From IMG/VR virus record IMGVR_UViG_3300020046_003388: a stretch of 61,819 bases of DNA; one strand, written 5' to 3'. The DNA is from an uncultured virus (IMG/VR IMGVR_UViG_3300020046_003388) (lineage: Duplodnaviria; Heunggongvirae; Uroviricota; Caudoviricetes). Below, piece after piece: positions 29,208-38,119 of the stretch; the first letter of the stretch is position 1; every line of letters begins with the position of its first letter. A program made the translations under genes and the position numbers. The notes under the pieces were generated by a model. That model saw nothing but the letters and a program-made list of their open reading frames with translations, ran no database searches and was not told where the DNA came from.

Positions 29208-29852
29208 ATGGCGGACCCTATAAACATTGCGCTTGATGGGTTAGCTCCCCCGTTCACGCCTATTAATGCAGCATCTGCCGGAATGTCCCCCGCAGTTGGA
29301 GATGCAGGTTCTATTGGGGATGTCACGCTAACCACTTGCGCTGGAAGCGCAGTTGGAGATGCAGTCGGGGTAGGTTCTATTGGGGATGTCACGCTAACCA
29401 CTTGCGCTGGAAGCGCAGTTGGAGATGCAGTCGGGGTAGGTTCTATTGGGGATGTCACGCTAACCACTTGCGCTGGAAGCGCAGTTGGAGATGCAGTCGG
29501 GGTAGGTTCTATTGGGGATGTCACGCTAACCACTTGCGCTGGAAGCGCAGTTGGAGATGCAGTAGATGCCATAGCAACTGGGTCGATTGGGTCGATTGTT
29601 GTAGTTTCGATCACTGGGTCTGCTCAAAGTGCCGGTACCGGTACCTTGGTACCCTCACCTGTTATCTATAGTGGTGGTGATACGTTTAGAGGGGGAGACG
29701 GGATCCCACAAAAGACAAACAGAAAGCAGAACCGAAAGCAGATCGAGTTGGAGGAGGAGGAGGAGACCGATCGTACATCTTGGCGCCTCAAGTGGCGGAC
29801 AACGGCAAGGGATGAGTACGTAAAACTACTGCGACAACGTCGTGCGGCATGA
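29208..29852 (+). CDS. repeat-containing putative structural protein
   Basis: Four GSIGDVTLTTCAGSAVGDAV(GV) units; charged C-terminus. Confidence 0.65.
   Translation: MADPINIALDGLAPPFTPINAASAGMSPAVGDAGSIGDVTLTTCAGSAVGDAVGVGSIGDVTLTTCAGSAVGDAVGVGSIGDVTLTTCAGSAVGDAVGVGSIGDVTLTTCAGSAVGDAVDAIATGSIGSIVVVSITGSAQSAGTGTLVPSPVIYSGGDTFRGGDGIPQKTNRKQNRKQIELEEEEETDRTSWRLKWRTTARDEYVKLLRQRRAA
29291..29563 (+). repeat. 66-bp perfect tandem repeat, about 4 copies, coding
   Basis: Unit starts at 29307, 29373, 29439 and 29505; no spacers. Confidence 0.95.
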
Positions 29853-29904
29853 AAAAACTTCGCGGCTGGGTTAAGGATCTCCCATGGCTTACGTAGGATG
29901 AAGC

Positions 29905-30195
29905 ATGAAAAAGAGTCTTGCTCAGCAGAACCTTGACGTGTACTTCCGCACCACCAAGGCCCCAGGTCCTCTTGAGGGGGCAGCGGTAGGTGATAAAGTC
30001 TCCTACACCCGCTACTTTCTCAAGCAACTCTGTGTTGGAGCTACCGATCCCATGTGGCACAAACGAGGAACGATTGTAGCCCTTCGAGCCGGGACCACTT
30101 TGGTAAACGTTTTGTGGGATGGAGAGACTGAGCCTCGACCCATCCAACTTTCTTGTCTGGCCAAGCCTGGCCCCAACCTTCGATTTTGCGAGTAA
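29905..30195 (+). CDS. hypothetical protein (SH3-like)
   Basis: VGDKVSY...RGTIV...V.WD; CGTA-N9-ATG upstream. Confidence 0.7.
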   Translation: MKKSLAQQNLDVYFRTTKAPGPLEGAAVGDKVSYTRYFLKQLCVGATDPMWHKRGTIVALRAGTTLVNVLWDGETEPRPIQLSCLAKPGPNLRFCE

Positions 30196-30772
30196 CAACA
30201 TGACACACAACTACGATCGAACAGCTAATAGAGACGAAGAACACAACCGTACTCATCGCCTCGAAGAACGTGCAACCAGGGAGTGGTCTCGGTTGGCTGG
30301 TGAGCCCGTACAGGTCGAAGACGTAGGCGGGACGTTGTACGCCTTTGGTTCTGAGCTTGCTTGTCTTCGCCTCTGGTCCAAAATGGGGGTGGGGAAGGCT
30401 AAGTACAGCTCAAATCGCAAGAGCTGGTTCTGGAGTAGAGACTGAGCCTCGACCCATCCAACTTTCTTGTCTGGCCAAGCCTGGCCCCAACCTTCGATTT
30501 TGCGAGTAACAACATGACACACAACTACGATCGAACCAATCGAACAGCTACTATGCCATGGAATAGAGACGAAGAACACAACCGTACTCATCGCCTCGAA
30601 GAACGTGCAACCAGGGAGTGGTCTCGGTTGGCTGGTGAGCCCGTACAGGTCGAAGACGTAGGCGGGACGTTGTACGCCTTTGGTTCTGAGCTTGCTTGTC
30701 TTCGCCTCTGGTCCAAAATGGGGGTGGGGAAGGCTAAGTACAGCTCAAATCGCAAGAGCTGGTTCTGGAGTA
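30123..30772 (+). repeat. Tandem duplication of ~314 bp (30123-30436 and 30437-30772)
   Basis: Copies identical by eye except for 9-nt and 12-nt in-frame insertions in copy 2. Confidence 0.92.
30200..30445 (+). CDS. hypothetical protein, copy 1
   Basis: MTHNYDRTANRDEE...WFWSRD. Confidence 0.6.
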   Translation: MTHNYDRTANRDEEHNRTHRLEERATREWSRLAGEPVQVEDVGGTLYAFGSELACLRLWSKMGVGKAKYSSNRKSWFWSRD

Positions 30773-30780
30773 TGGAGTAA
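30514..30780 (+). CDS. hypothetical protein, copy 2
   Basis: MTHNYDRTNRTATMPWNRDEE...WFWSME. Confidence 0.65.
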   Translation: MTHNYDRTNRTATMPWNRDEEHNRTHRLEERATREWSRLAGEPVQVEDVGGTLYAFGSELACLRLWSKMGVGKAKYSSNRKSWFWSME

Positions 30781-30823
30781 ATAGGTCGAAATCGACTGCA
30801 ACGTAGAATTGAAAGGTACTTCA

Positions 30824-31396
30824 ATGAGTAATCTGGTTCGGGAGTTTCAGGATGCGTTGATTACCCGCAACGTGGTTGCAGCGGTTACGGCTCGAATCGT
30901 TCAAGCCAACGCATTCGGAAAACCCCTCTACGGACATAAGGATGAGAACTCCGCTTACCTCGTGGAGGACTACCCCTATGGGGCGAGGGCTCGATGCCGA
31001 ATCCGGTACTGGCTTGAATTTAGCTCTTCTAAGGGAGCTAGGTTCGTGTCTCAAACGGAAGACCCGAAACGGCTTCGTTGGAACGCACCTAAGAAGTCTA
31101 CCTACATGCCATGGGGCGGAGCTATGTACCTTGACTCCAAGGAGCATGTTCAATGGACAGGGGTAGGTCAGTACACAAAGGACGAGGAGATGCTAGAGTT
31201 CGTCAAAGCATTTCCAGACTCTGATCTGAGCATCCTCAAGAAGGTGGTTCCGATCAAGATAAAGTACCTTATGCGTCGAATCAGTGGAGACAGTGGTCTC
31301 TCCATGAATGGAGTGAAGGTCGAAATGTCCGAAGAGGATATTGGTGAGGCTCGAAAAGACCTTGAAATCTGGCAAGATATTGCTAAGTACGTCTGA
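30824..31396 (+). CDS. hypothetical phage protein
   Basis: VEDYPYG..RC.IRYWLE..RFVSQT.DPK..WNAPKKSTY; N-terminal RNVVAA motif. Confidence 0.75.
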   Translation: MSNLVREFQDALITRNVVAAVTARIVQANAFGKPLYGHKDENSAYLVEDYPYGARARCRIRYWLEFSSSKGARFVSQTEDPKRLRWNAPKKSTYMPWGGAMYLDSKEHVQWTGVGQYTKDEEMLEFVKAFPDSDLSILKKVVPIKIKYLMRRISGDSGLSMNGVKVEMSEEDIGEARKDLEIWQDIAKYV

Positions 31397-31405
31397 GTAC
31401 TCACA

Positions 31406-32017
31406 ATGAGTAGCGAACTTACAACTAAGGTGCTGACAAGGTTCTTGGAGGCCTCGAAAGACCCCTTGAGCTTCAACAAGGTCGAGAAGCTCTACCAAAC
31501 TGTCGTGCGTCTGACAAAGCAGATTCATGCAGCGAATGATGACAAGGTGGAGGCCCTTTACGGTAAGATCGAAAAGGCCGCTTCCGATGTCATTGACCTA
31601 GCAGTTGCTGCGCACAAGAGCGGTAAGTTAGACTCTGATGACGCTAGCGCTTTAGCTAAAAGCTTCAAAGAGGTCGAAAAGGCTATCGACAATGGGGAAG
31701 GCAACCCTAGTGCGTTTTCAGCCGCAGGGCTAAAGAAGGCAGTAGAACGGCTCTACGGGGATCTTCATAGAGCCTCAGCTCGCACCAAGACGGCAAAGAC
31801 CTCCATGGAACCTCATGTGGTTCGGAGTGCCCTCGCCATGTTGGAGGAGATGAAGGAGGCTGAGGCCCGACTGCGAAAGGCAGTTCAGTTCTCCAGGGCT
31901 CTACGAATAGAGCCCTCCCTAGAGTGGATCGTCGACCAGTTGGAGGAAGCTCACCAGTCCTGTGAGGGCGTAGTGAAGACTACAGAGGACACTCTCGACT
32001 ACTTGAACCGCCGCTAG
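31406..32017 (+). CDS. helical hypothetical protein
   Basis: N-terminal KVLTRF motif. Confidence 0.7.
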   Translation: MSSELTTKVLTRFLEASKDPLSFNKVEKLYQTVVRLTKQIHAANDDKVEALYGKIEKAASDVIDLAVAAHKSGKLDSDDASALAKSFKEVEKAIDNGEGNPSAFSAAGLKKAVERLYGDLHRASARTKTAKTSMEPHVVRSALAMLEEMKEAEARLRKAVQFSRALRIEPSLEWIVDQLEEAHQSCEGVVKTTEDTLDYLNRR

Positions 32018-32499
32018 TAGTCGTCCCATTCGCTACTACCATGCCCCCAACAGAGTGAGCACTCCATAGAGTCTGCGGGCTGAGGTTCATACCCTGAGCC
32101 TGAGCATCGAGTACAACGGCTGTTTCGATAGTACTTAATCTCCCTTATCGCACCATCCACGATGGCTTTTGAGGCAGACTCCTTATCGCCTACGACAAAA
32201 AATACCCCCTCTGGGCTTAGAGTGATGGTGATAAGATCGTCGTAGTTCGTGTCGGTGAGGCCATCTTTCTCCCAACTACGGAACGCATCTTCGTCCTTGT
32301 AGACAAATAGCTCGGTAACGTCCCAAAGTTTACGTGGTATCGCAGACTGAATTGTGGTCAAGGCCCTAAGGTGGCCTTCATATGGAGCACAAGAGACTAC
32401 ACTTGCGTTGGGCCACTTCCTGACTATGTAGTTCAAAGCCTCTACTAGATCGTAGGGGTTCCTAGCTCCAAGAAGTTCTACGTCGAACCCACCAATCAT
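32014..32499 (-). CDS. hypothetical protein with C-terminal DnaJ-type CxxCxGxG Zn finger
   Basis: CTRCSGSG...CSLCWGHG. Confidence 0.7.
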   Translation of the reverse strand: MIGGFDVELLGARNPYDLVEALNYIVRKWPNASVVSCAPYEGHLRALTTIQSAIPRKLWDVTELFVYKDEDAFRSWEKDGLTDTNYDDLITITLSPEGVFFVVGDKESASKAIVDGAIREIKYYRNSRCTRCSGSGYEPQPADSMECSLCWGHGSSEWDDY

Positions 32500-33104
32500 G
32501 ACGACAACCTCTTGGGGATGTAGCTCTTACGATGGGCTGGGGAAATCCCTAGTTCGCGTATAGCTTGTTCGTGTTTCGCAGTCCCATAGCCTACGTTCGT
32601 AGCAAAACCATATCCTGGGTACTTGGTATCCAACTCCAGCATGTGTTGGTCGTGTAGGTACTTACCGATGACACTTGCTGCCATGACTGCGTGGATTAGT
32701 CCGTCAGCCTTTGGGAGAGCGATGTGGAAGCTGGTTAGCATTTGGTTCTGCCCGTCAATGATCACAAGTGCTTGAGGATGGCTCCGTTGTAGCTCACTCA
32801 CTACAGCTTGGTAGCAGCGTCGCAGAGCAACCGCTACTCCTACTTGGTCAATCTCCTCAGCTTGAGCCATTTCGACTTTGAATGGCACCTTAAGGGTGTC
32901 TACAAGGTACGTGTAGAAGTGCTTGTGCTTCGACTTACTCAACTTCTTAGAGTCGTTGAGGCCTACCGGTGGAATCCAACTTGTGGGTACCGCTACTGCA
33001 CACACAACAAGGGGCCCGGCATACGACCCAAAGCCGCACTCATCTGCCCCTAGTACCATGGTGTGGTCGCTTATCTGGCGTACAATCTCTGGGCTAAGAG
33101 TCAC
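32496..33104 (-). CDS. rnhB: Ribonuclease HII
   Basis: GADECGFGSYAGP, LNDSKKL, IIDG, KAD..AASVIGK, YPGYG..NVGYGT..H, HRKSY. Confidence 0.92.
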   Translation of the reverse strand: MTLSPEIVRQISDHTMVLGADECGFGSYAGPLVVCAVAVPTSWIPPVGLNDSKKLSKSKHKHFYTYLVDTLKVPFKVEMAQAEEIDQVGVAVALRRCYQAVVSELQRSHPQALVIIDGQNQMLTSFHIALPKADGLIHAVMAASVIGKYLHDQHMLELDTKYPGYGFATNVGYGTAKHEQAIRELGISPAHRKSYIPKRLSS

Positions 33105-33286
33105 TCAACGTCCCCTTTGAGCGTGTCTTCAATGAGAAGAAGCAGTTGCTCTGTAAAACTGTTATGGTTGTAGCCAGAGTTGGCTTCCCAGTCCCCCTCA
33201 AACTTGACTTCAAGCTCCCCCTCCCCATCAAGACGAACATCCTTGATAGAGCGGAGAATGTCCAGTACTTCCTTAGATGTTTTCAC
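33101..33286 (-). CDS. hypothetical protein
   Basis: Overlapping ORF in the minus-strand operon. Confidence 0.55.
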   Translation of the reverse strand: MKTSKEVLDILRSIKDVRLDGEGELEVKFEGDWEANSGYNHNSFTEQLLLLIEDTLKGDVE

Positions 33287-33564
33287 GACTTACTTGCCCC
33301 ACCTGGAATGATTCGCCCCAGAACAGCATCGGCCTGGATATCACTTTTACGTCGAGCCGCTTCCATGTCGTACAGGTATACAGGCAACTTGTAGTGGTTA
33401 GCCCACCACTGGCCTTTCTCGTCAGCCTCTTCTACGGTTTCTGCTCGTGCAAGAATGTGTCCAGGCATAACACAATCCCCGAGAATGACAGCAAACCCTT
33501 CTCGGCGTTCCAGTTCTGGCATGGCCCATGACGGAACCACGATGATTTTAAGAGGGGTGTTCAA
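33283..33564 (-). CDS. hypothetical protein
   Basis: Overlapping ORF in the minus-strand operon. Confidence 0.55.
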   Translation of the reverse strand: MNTPLKIIVVPSWAMPELERREGFAVILGDCVMPGHILARAETVEEADEKGQWWANHYKLPVYLYDMEAARRKSDIQADAVLGRIIPGGASKS

Positions 33565-33986
33565 GCCTTCTTCCCTCCATGAAGAGCTGGGCGTGTAGCG
33601 TTGTATTGGAACTTGACGGCAACTGCCTTCGCTACATTTACACCATGAGCCTCAGCCTTATCAAGGGCACGAATGATCTCATCTGCAATCTCTTCCTCAG
33701 CGTTGTTAAGACTTGGAAGCCCAAGAGCTTCCATCTTCTCAGACTTATCGCAGGGGGTGTAGAGCTTCCCTGCTCGAAACGCCTCCCAGAACTCAGAAGA
33801 CTCTCCATGTTGATTCGCAGTGTAGACCGCAGCACGAAGAGTTTGCCCAACAGGTCCAGCCCACTGAGCATCGGTTAGGTCCCCTCGTAGTTGGTCTCGG
33901 AATCCCTTGGTTTTTGCGTTCTCAGCCACAAGATCACGAAGGGCGTTGAGGACAGCAAGACTCTCTGGGGTGACGATTAGTTTCAT
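33561..33986 (-). CDS. MazG-like nucleotide pyrophosphohydrolase
   Basis: HGESSEFWEAFR, EEEIADEIIRALD, K..YN.TRP..HGGK. Confidence 0.82.
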   Translation of the reverse strand: MKLIVTPESLAVLNALRDLVAENAKTKGFRDQLRGDLTDAQWAGPVGQTLRAAVYTANQHGESSEFWEAFRAGKLYTPCDKSEKMEALGLPSLNNAEEEIADEIIRALDKAEAHGVNVAKAVAVKFQYNATRPALHGGKKA

Positions 33987-33991
33987 GTCGA

Positions 33992-34041
33992 GGTACTACA
34001 CCAAAAAAAGTGACCCATCTCCTTGTTTTTGGTGTAGTACC
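33992..34041. promoter_or_regulatory. 16-bp perfect inverted repeat carrying back-to-back GGTGTA motifs (putative divergent promoter)
   Basis: ggtactacaccaaaaa (33992-34007) and tttttggtgtagtacc (34026-34041); motifs lie 10 and 12 nt from the divergent ATGs. Confidence 0.7.
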
Positions 34042-34048
34042 GTAGAAC

Positions 34049-34885
34049 ATGCTGCGAAGCGGAAAAACATCAGGGTTCCCCTACTCTTTGTCAAGATGGA
34101 CCGACATCCCGAGTGGGAAGTGGGCCTGGTTCCTCGCAAACCTAGCCAGAGGTTACATGCTAGCCTTTGACCCAACCTCAGGGATCCCAGCTCGTTGGTC
34201 GCTACGACCAGAAGACACCCTTGGGCTTTTGTTCTGGACCAAGGACCCGAGCAATCTCATTCTGGATGCCAAGCTACTCCAATCTTACAAGGTCAAGGTC
34301 CACATGACTCTGACGGGCTGGGAAGAGGTCGAGAAGGGGGCTCCAAGCCTTCTTGAGGGTGTTGCCCTCCTTGCCCAAGCCGTCGAGACCTTCGGCCCAG
34401 AGAATGTAACCTGGAGGTTCTCTCCGGTACCCCTGGTATCGGATGTAGTTGCTAGGTTCCAACGCATCCTTGACACCGCAGCTAAGGTAGAGCTAAGACA
34501 AGTCTACGTGTCTTTCCTTCAGGCGAATGACTTGGTACCCGAAACTCGAAGCAAACAGGAGCGCCTTGAGTTGCTGATTCAACTAGCTGACCTGGCTCAA
34601 ACTAGAGGGGTGAAGGTCCTTCTGTGCAATGAGGACAATCTTCTCTTGCAAACTCAGGAGACTTACAGTAACCTGGCTTCCGGAGTGTGTGTCCCTCCGG
34701 CTGAGTTCGAGCTTACCGGATCTCAACCACTTCCTTCCGAGGGTTGTGGTTGTGTTTTGACGGTAGACCCGTTTACAGTCAATGAGTCCTGCAACCTAGG
34801 TTGTGCCTACTGTTACGCCGCAGACAAGTCTCTGACCCCAAAAAAGCGTAACACGACAAAGAAGAGTTTACAGGTGCTACAGTGA
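34049..34885 (+). CDS. DUF1848-like protein (C-terminal Fe-S-type Cys motif)
   Basis: SLSRWTDIP, FWTKDP, WRFSP, GCGC...CNLGCAYCYA. Confidence 0.82.
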   Translation: MLRSGKTSGFPYSLSRWTDIPSGKWAWFLANLARGYMLAFDPTSGIPARWSLRPEDTLGLLFWTKDPSNLILDAKLLQSYKVKVHMTLTGWEEVEKGAPSLLEGVALLAQAVETFGPENVTWRFSPVPLVSDVVARFQRILDTAAKVELRQVYVSFLQANDLVPETRSKQERLELLIQLADLAQTRGVKVLLCNEDNLLLQTQETYSNLASGVCVPPAEFELTGSQPLPSEGCGCVLTVDPFTVNESCNLGCAYCYAADKSLTPKKRNTTKKSLQVLQ

Positions 34886-35166
34886 TTACCCCCTTTCTCA
34901 CTCCAGAAGACCTTGGGATCAAACTCGACGAGGATTCTGAGGATGTGAGTGACCTAGACTTTGAGCAGGCGGTATTCACTGAATCTATTGAGGAGTTCTC
35001 CAAGCTCCTATCCTTGCTCATCGAGCAAAGCAATGAGGATCCTTTCATTGTAGAGCGCTACTTCCCAAAGTACGCGCTAAGACGCAAATGCGGTGTACTT
35101 CTTTGTCGGGTGGCCGTTGGCTCCCGCACTCAACTATTTCGGATTGACTGGCTGCAAAACACCTAA
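34882..35166 (+). CDS. hypothetical protein
   Basis: GTGA overlap. Confidence 0.6.
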   Translation: MITPFLTPEDLGIKLDEDSEDVSDLDFEQAVFTESIEEFSKLLSLLIEQSNEDPFIVERYFPKYALRRKCGVLLCRVAVGSRTQLFRIDWLQNT

Positions 35167-35179
35167 GGGGAAAATACGA

Positions 35180-35536
35180 ATGCGAAACCTTCTTTTCACT
35201 CTCACCGTACTACTGATGACCACCCTTACAGTTGGGGCTGGAGCCGACCCAAGAGGAGGTCGAAAGACCTTCAGTGACACTATTGGTCGGGGTATGCAAC
35301 AAACGTATGATCTAGTCCTAAACGGGGATGAGACTACCATTGTCGAGATCAATGGTAATGGTCGTAGTGACCTGGATTGCTTCATTTTTGATGAGAACGA
35401 CAACCTAGTCGTTAAAGACGATGACTCGTCCGACCAGTGCCGACTTGCCGTAACTCCCCGCTGGACTGGGCACTTCACCTTGATTATCAAGAATGTAGGT
35501 ACTACCCATAGCACTTACAGAGGAGTTGCCTACTAA
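35180..35536 (+). CDS. secreted pre-peptidase C-terminal (PPC)-like beta-domain protein
   Basis: Signal peptide MRNLLFTLTVLLMTTLTVGAGA; DLDCFIFDENDNLV..DD. Confidence 0.65.
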   Translation: MRNLLFTLTVLLMTTLTVGAGADPRGGRKTFSDTIGRGMQQTYDLVLNGDETTIVEINGNGRSDLDCFIFDENDNLVVKDDDSSDQCRLAVTPRWTGHFTLIIKNVGTTHSTYRGVAY

Positions 35537-35871
35537 TGAGTAATCCAAACGATTGTGATCCTTGCCAGACAGGTGAGGGGCCTCCACCCACGCTATGCGA
35601 TGGGAACACCACGAATAACTGCTGGGTAGAGAATGGAATCTGCCTACTCGACTCTATGAGCAAAGAGCAGATTGTCTACACAATCGAGCACAACCCTTTG
35701 GCAAGAACCGACCTTGTCAAAGTGACGACATGTGAGGACATCCTAGAGCTACTTAAGGACATCCCCATTCTTCCAGCCGTCCAAGAAGACGACGCACAGC
35801 AGAAAGCGTTCAACAGCGCTGACTGTCTCCCCTTCTACACGATTTTTCGTGGGAACTTTAACGACAGATGA
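35536..35871 (+). CDS. Cys-rich hypothetical protein
   Basis: TAATG overlap. Confidence 0.65.
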   Translation: MSNPNDCDPCQTGEGPPPTLCDGNTTNNCWVENGICLLDSMSKEQIVYTIEHNPLARTDLVKVTTCEDILELLKDIPILPAVQEDDAQQKAFNSADCLPFYTIFRGNFNDR

Positions 35872-36224
35872 GTAGCGCTAGAAATCAGCGGAGGTTGATC
35901 GGGAAGGGGCTTAACGCCAAGTCCAACTCCTCAAAGGGAAACCCGCTGGGTGGGTTAGAGGCTCTAAAGACTCAACTAGAGCATCTTCTGTCCAATGTAA
36001 CGCCCTCCTCTGCACAGGCTGCTCAGATTGAGGACTCCATCAAGCTCATCTCTACTTTTGCGGAAGACCTTGCGTCCCTCAAGAAGGAGCACGTCAAGCA
36101 GCGAGCTGTAACCTTGGGGTTGTTCTCCAAGTTGAGTTCTCTGTCGTTTGAAGATAGCTTGAAGCTGGAGACTGAGCTAAGGAGTGATTACGATCATAGG
36201 CACTCAGAAGAGGATCATGAATGA
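35868..36224 (+). CDS. hypothetical protein
   Basis: ATGA overlaps at both ends. Confidence 0.65.
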   Translation: MSSARNQRRLIGKGLNAKSNSSKGNPLGGLEALKTQLEHLLSNVTPSSAQAAQIEDSIKLISTFAEDLASLKKEHVKQRAVTLGLFSKLSSLSFEDSLKLETELRSDYDHRHSEEDHE

Positions 36225-36451
36225 CAACTCGAATAGACCTCCCAACTCAGAAACGATTGGGACCACAGGGCCCTCAAGATTGGTCCCAGTTGATGTCCAC
36301 CGTGATTCAACGGGCTCAGGCCCTACAGGATCCGAGACTACAAGGGCTTCAGGAGGCAATGACCCTTGGGAAGGCCGAGCAAGCCCTTCGCCGAATGGGA
36401 ATTCTAACCGAGGTAGACCTACTTCGGGAATTCCCGGACAACGACCTGTAG
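36221..36451 (+). CDS. hypothetical protein
   Basis: ATGA overlap; GAGGA RBS at good spacing. Confidence 0.6.
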   Translation: MTTRIDLPTQKRLGPQGPQDWSQLMSTVIQRAQALQDPRLQGLQEAMTLGKAEQALRRMGILTEVDLLREFPDNDL

Positions 36452-36465
36452 ACCCCGCTCAGACG

Positions 36466-36771
36466 TTGTTGCAAGCATTTGAGCATGGCGACCCTGAGGT
36501 GGTGTATCAAGCTGCCTTGGATCTGAAAGTTGCCTACAAAGAAGCGATGCTGGAGGGGGCTAAGCTAAGGTTCAAGTTGAACTTCGGGACCCCGTTTTGC
36601 GAAGAGTGCGACGGGTTACGCGCAGGTCCTGGGGTAATTGCCACCTGCTTTCAAATTAAACGTTGTGATTACACGAGTTTGAAGGACGGGAATCAGGATC
36701 CCGACCAGGTTCGGCTAATTACCAGCTTGGTAACCAACTTACAGAAGTATGAAGGAAAACATGACAAGTAA
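36466..36771 (+). CDS. hypothetical Cys-containing protein; start uncertain
   Basis: C-terminal half of ORF 36184-36771 looks globular (CEEC...C...C). Confidence 0.5.
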   Translation: MLQAFEHGDPEVVYQAALDLKVAYKEAMLEGAKLRFKLNFGTPFCEECDGLRAGPGVIATCFQIKRCDYTSLKDGNQDPDQVRLITSLVTNLQKYEGKHDK

Positions 36772-37687
36772 AGACGAGCTATCCAAGCTATCAAAGCAGG
36801 ACCTGATTGACTTCACCTTTGAGGTTATGGCCAAGGTCAGTCAAGTAGCTGACCTGCTTTGTACCCTCCCCATCCCAACCCATAAGGCCACGGAATCCGA
36901 GGTTCCTCCCAAGGTAGAGGTTCTTCCTAAGGTTGAGACTCCTAAGGTTGAGGCTCCTAAGGTCGAGGCTCCTGTCAAAGTAAAAGCAGAGCTAGGTAAG
37001 CTAGCTCTAAGTGCAGCCCCTACTGACATCCTAGATAGCTTGCAAGTCATTATGGCTCACACCACAGCGGAGGCTAGCCTTAATCCGGTGGAATGTCATG
37101 CGGCACTAGTAGACTACAAGTGGCTGCCTGATTGCGGAGAGCCACTGGCTCATATTCGCTACACGTTGGCAGCACATCCAGAATTGTTTACCCGACTCCC
37201 AGGGTCAAGGGCCGAGTACTACCTGGCCAACAAGGGGGAGCTAAAGGCGATCAAAGCAGCGCTCCTAGCCAAGGATGAGGCTACGAAAAAGAAGGGGGCT
37301 AAGAAGAAGAAAGCTAGTGCTCCACTGGTAGCTCAAACCCCGGTAACTAAGCTAGCTCCCCAGATAACCCCTACCCTGCCTAAGCTAATGAAAGGGCTAG
37401 CTTCGGAGGTAACTGAAGCTGCTTCTCAGGTAAGAGGGNNNNNNNNNNNNNNNNNNNNNNNNNNNNNNNNNNNNNNNNNNNNNNNNNNNNNNNNNNNNNN
37501 NNNNNNNNNNNNNNNNNNNNNNNNNNNNNNNNNNNNNNNNGTAGCTGCTCCACCCGTCCAAGATGATGACGACCCCATGGCTGCGCTGAGTGGCTTGCTG
37601 GATGAGGTGCCTGAGGGGCTTAAGATTGCATCCGAGATCGTGGCGACAACTACAGGAATACAGTCAACGAACAAGTTTCAGATCTAG
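36761..37687 (+). CDS. hypothetical protein spanning the assembly gap
   Basis: PKVE repeats, Lys-rich stretch; continuity across the Ns cannot be verified. Confidence 0.6.
   Translation: MTSKDELSKLSKQDLIDFTFEVMAKVSQVADLLCTLPIPTHKATESEVPPKVEVLPKVETPKVEAPKVEAPVKVKAELGKLALSAAPTDILDSLQVIMAHTTAEASLNPVECHAALVDYKWLPDCGEPLAHIRYTLAAHPELFTRLPGSRAEYYLANKGELKAIKAALLAKDEATKKKGAKKKKASAPLVAQTPVTKLAPQITPTLPKLMKGLASEVTEAASQVRGXXXXXXXXXXXXXXXXXXXXXXXXXXXXXXXXXXVAAPPVQDDDDPMAALSGLLDEVPEGLKIASEIVATTTGIQSTNKFQI
37439..37540. other. Scaffold gap (102 N)
   Basis: Run of n characters. Confidence 1.
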
Positions 37688-37709
37688 TCGCAAGGGGCCA
37701 CAGCACGAA

Positions 37710-37750
37710 AAAGGGGACAAGGGTTGCAGCACCCTGTCCCCTTTGGTGTA
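37710..37750 (+). terminator. Hairpin directly followed by a GGTGTA motif (37745-37750)
   Basis: aaaggggaca(a)gggt...accctgtccccttt; ATG at 37760 is 9 nt after the motif. Confidence 0.55.
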
Positions 37751-37759
37751 TACATAGGC

Positions 37760-38119
37760 ATGAGTATGGTCAACTTAGGTCTTTACAATCAGGTACTTAG
37801 GCTACTAGAAGCTGAAATGAGACAGTTTGTGTACCGGGTAAAGCTAAACGATGCCCCAGATATATGGGGTCCCATGCTTATCGTAGGGCAGTCCTTTGTG
37901 GACCAGGCCAGACAAGATTGGGTTGAGAACGCCCTCCCAAGCCTTAAGCTCAGCGACCTTCACAAGGTTCTCCCTCTAGCTATACAGAGAGCACGAAAGT
38001 CCACGACAGACCTTCTACAGGACCAGGTACCCGAGGTAAAGTCCCTTGTAGCAAACTTGGATTGCCCAATTGAGTACTTGGTATCAGTAACTAGCTCTGA
38101 CGGTGGGGCCTTAGGATGA
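37760..38119 (+). CDS. hypothetical protein
   Basis: Start reassigned using GGTGTA-N9-ATG. Confidence 0.6.
   Translation: MSMVNLGLYNQVLRLLEAEMRQFVYRVKLNDAPDIWGPMLIVGQSFVDQARQDWVENALPSLKLSDLHKVLPLAIQRARKSTTDLLQDQVPEVKSLVANLDCPIEYLVSVTSSDGGALG

Noticed and set aside
29291..29563. Regular repeats as a possible CRISPR array
   Set aside because: The units are contiguous identical 66-mers with no unique spacers, are in frame within a CDS, and no cas genes are present.
30123..30772. Duplicated segment as a DGR template/variable repeat pair
   Set aside because: The differences are indels rather than adenine-specific substitutions, and there is no reverse transcriptase in the window.
34440..34470. 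DVVARFQR inside the DUF1848-like protein as another tag copy
   Set aside because: It is internal to a folded enzyme domain. It shows the short motif can arise by chance, so it was not counted.
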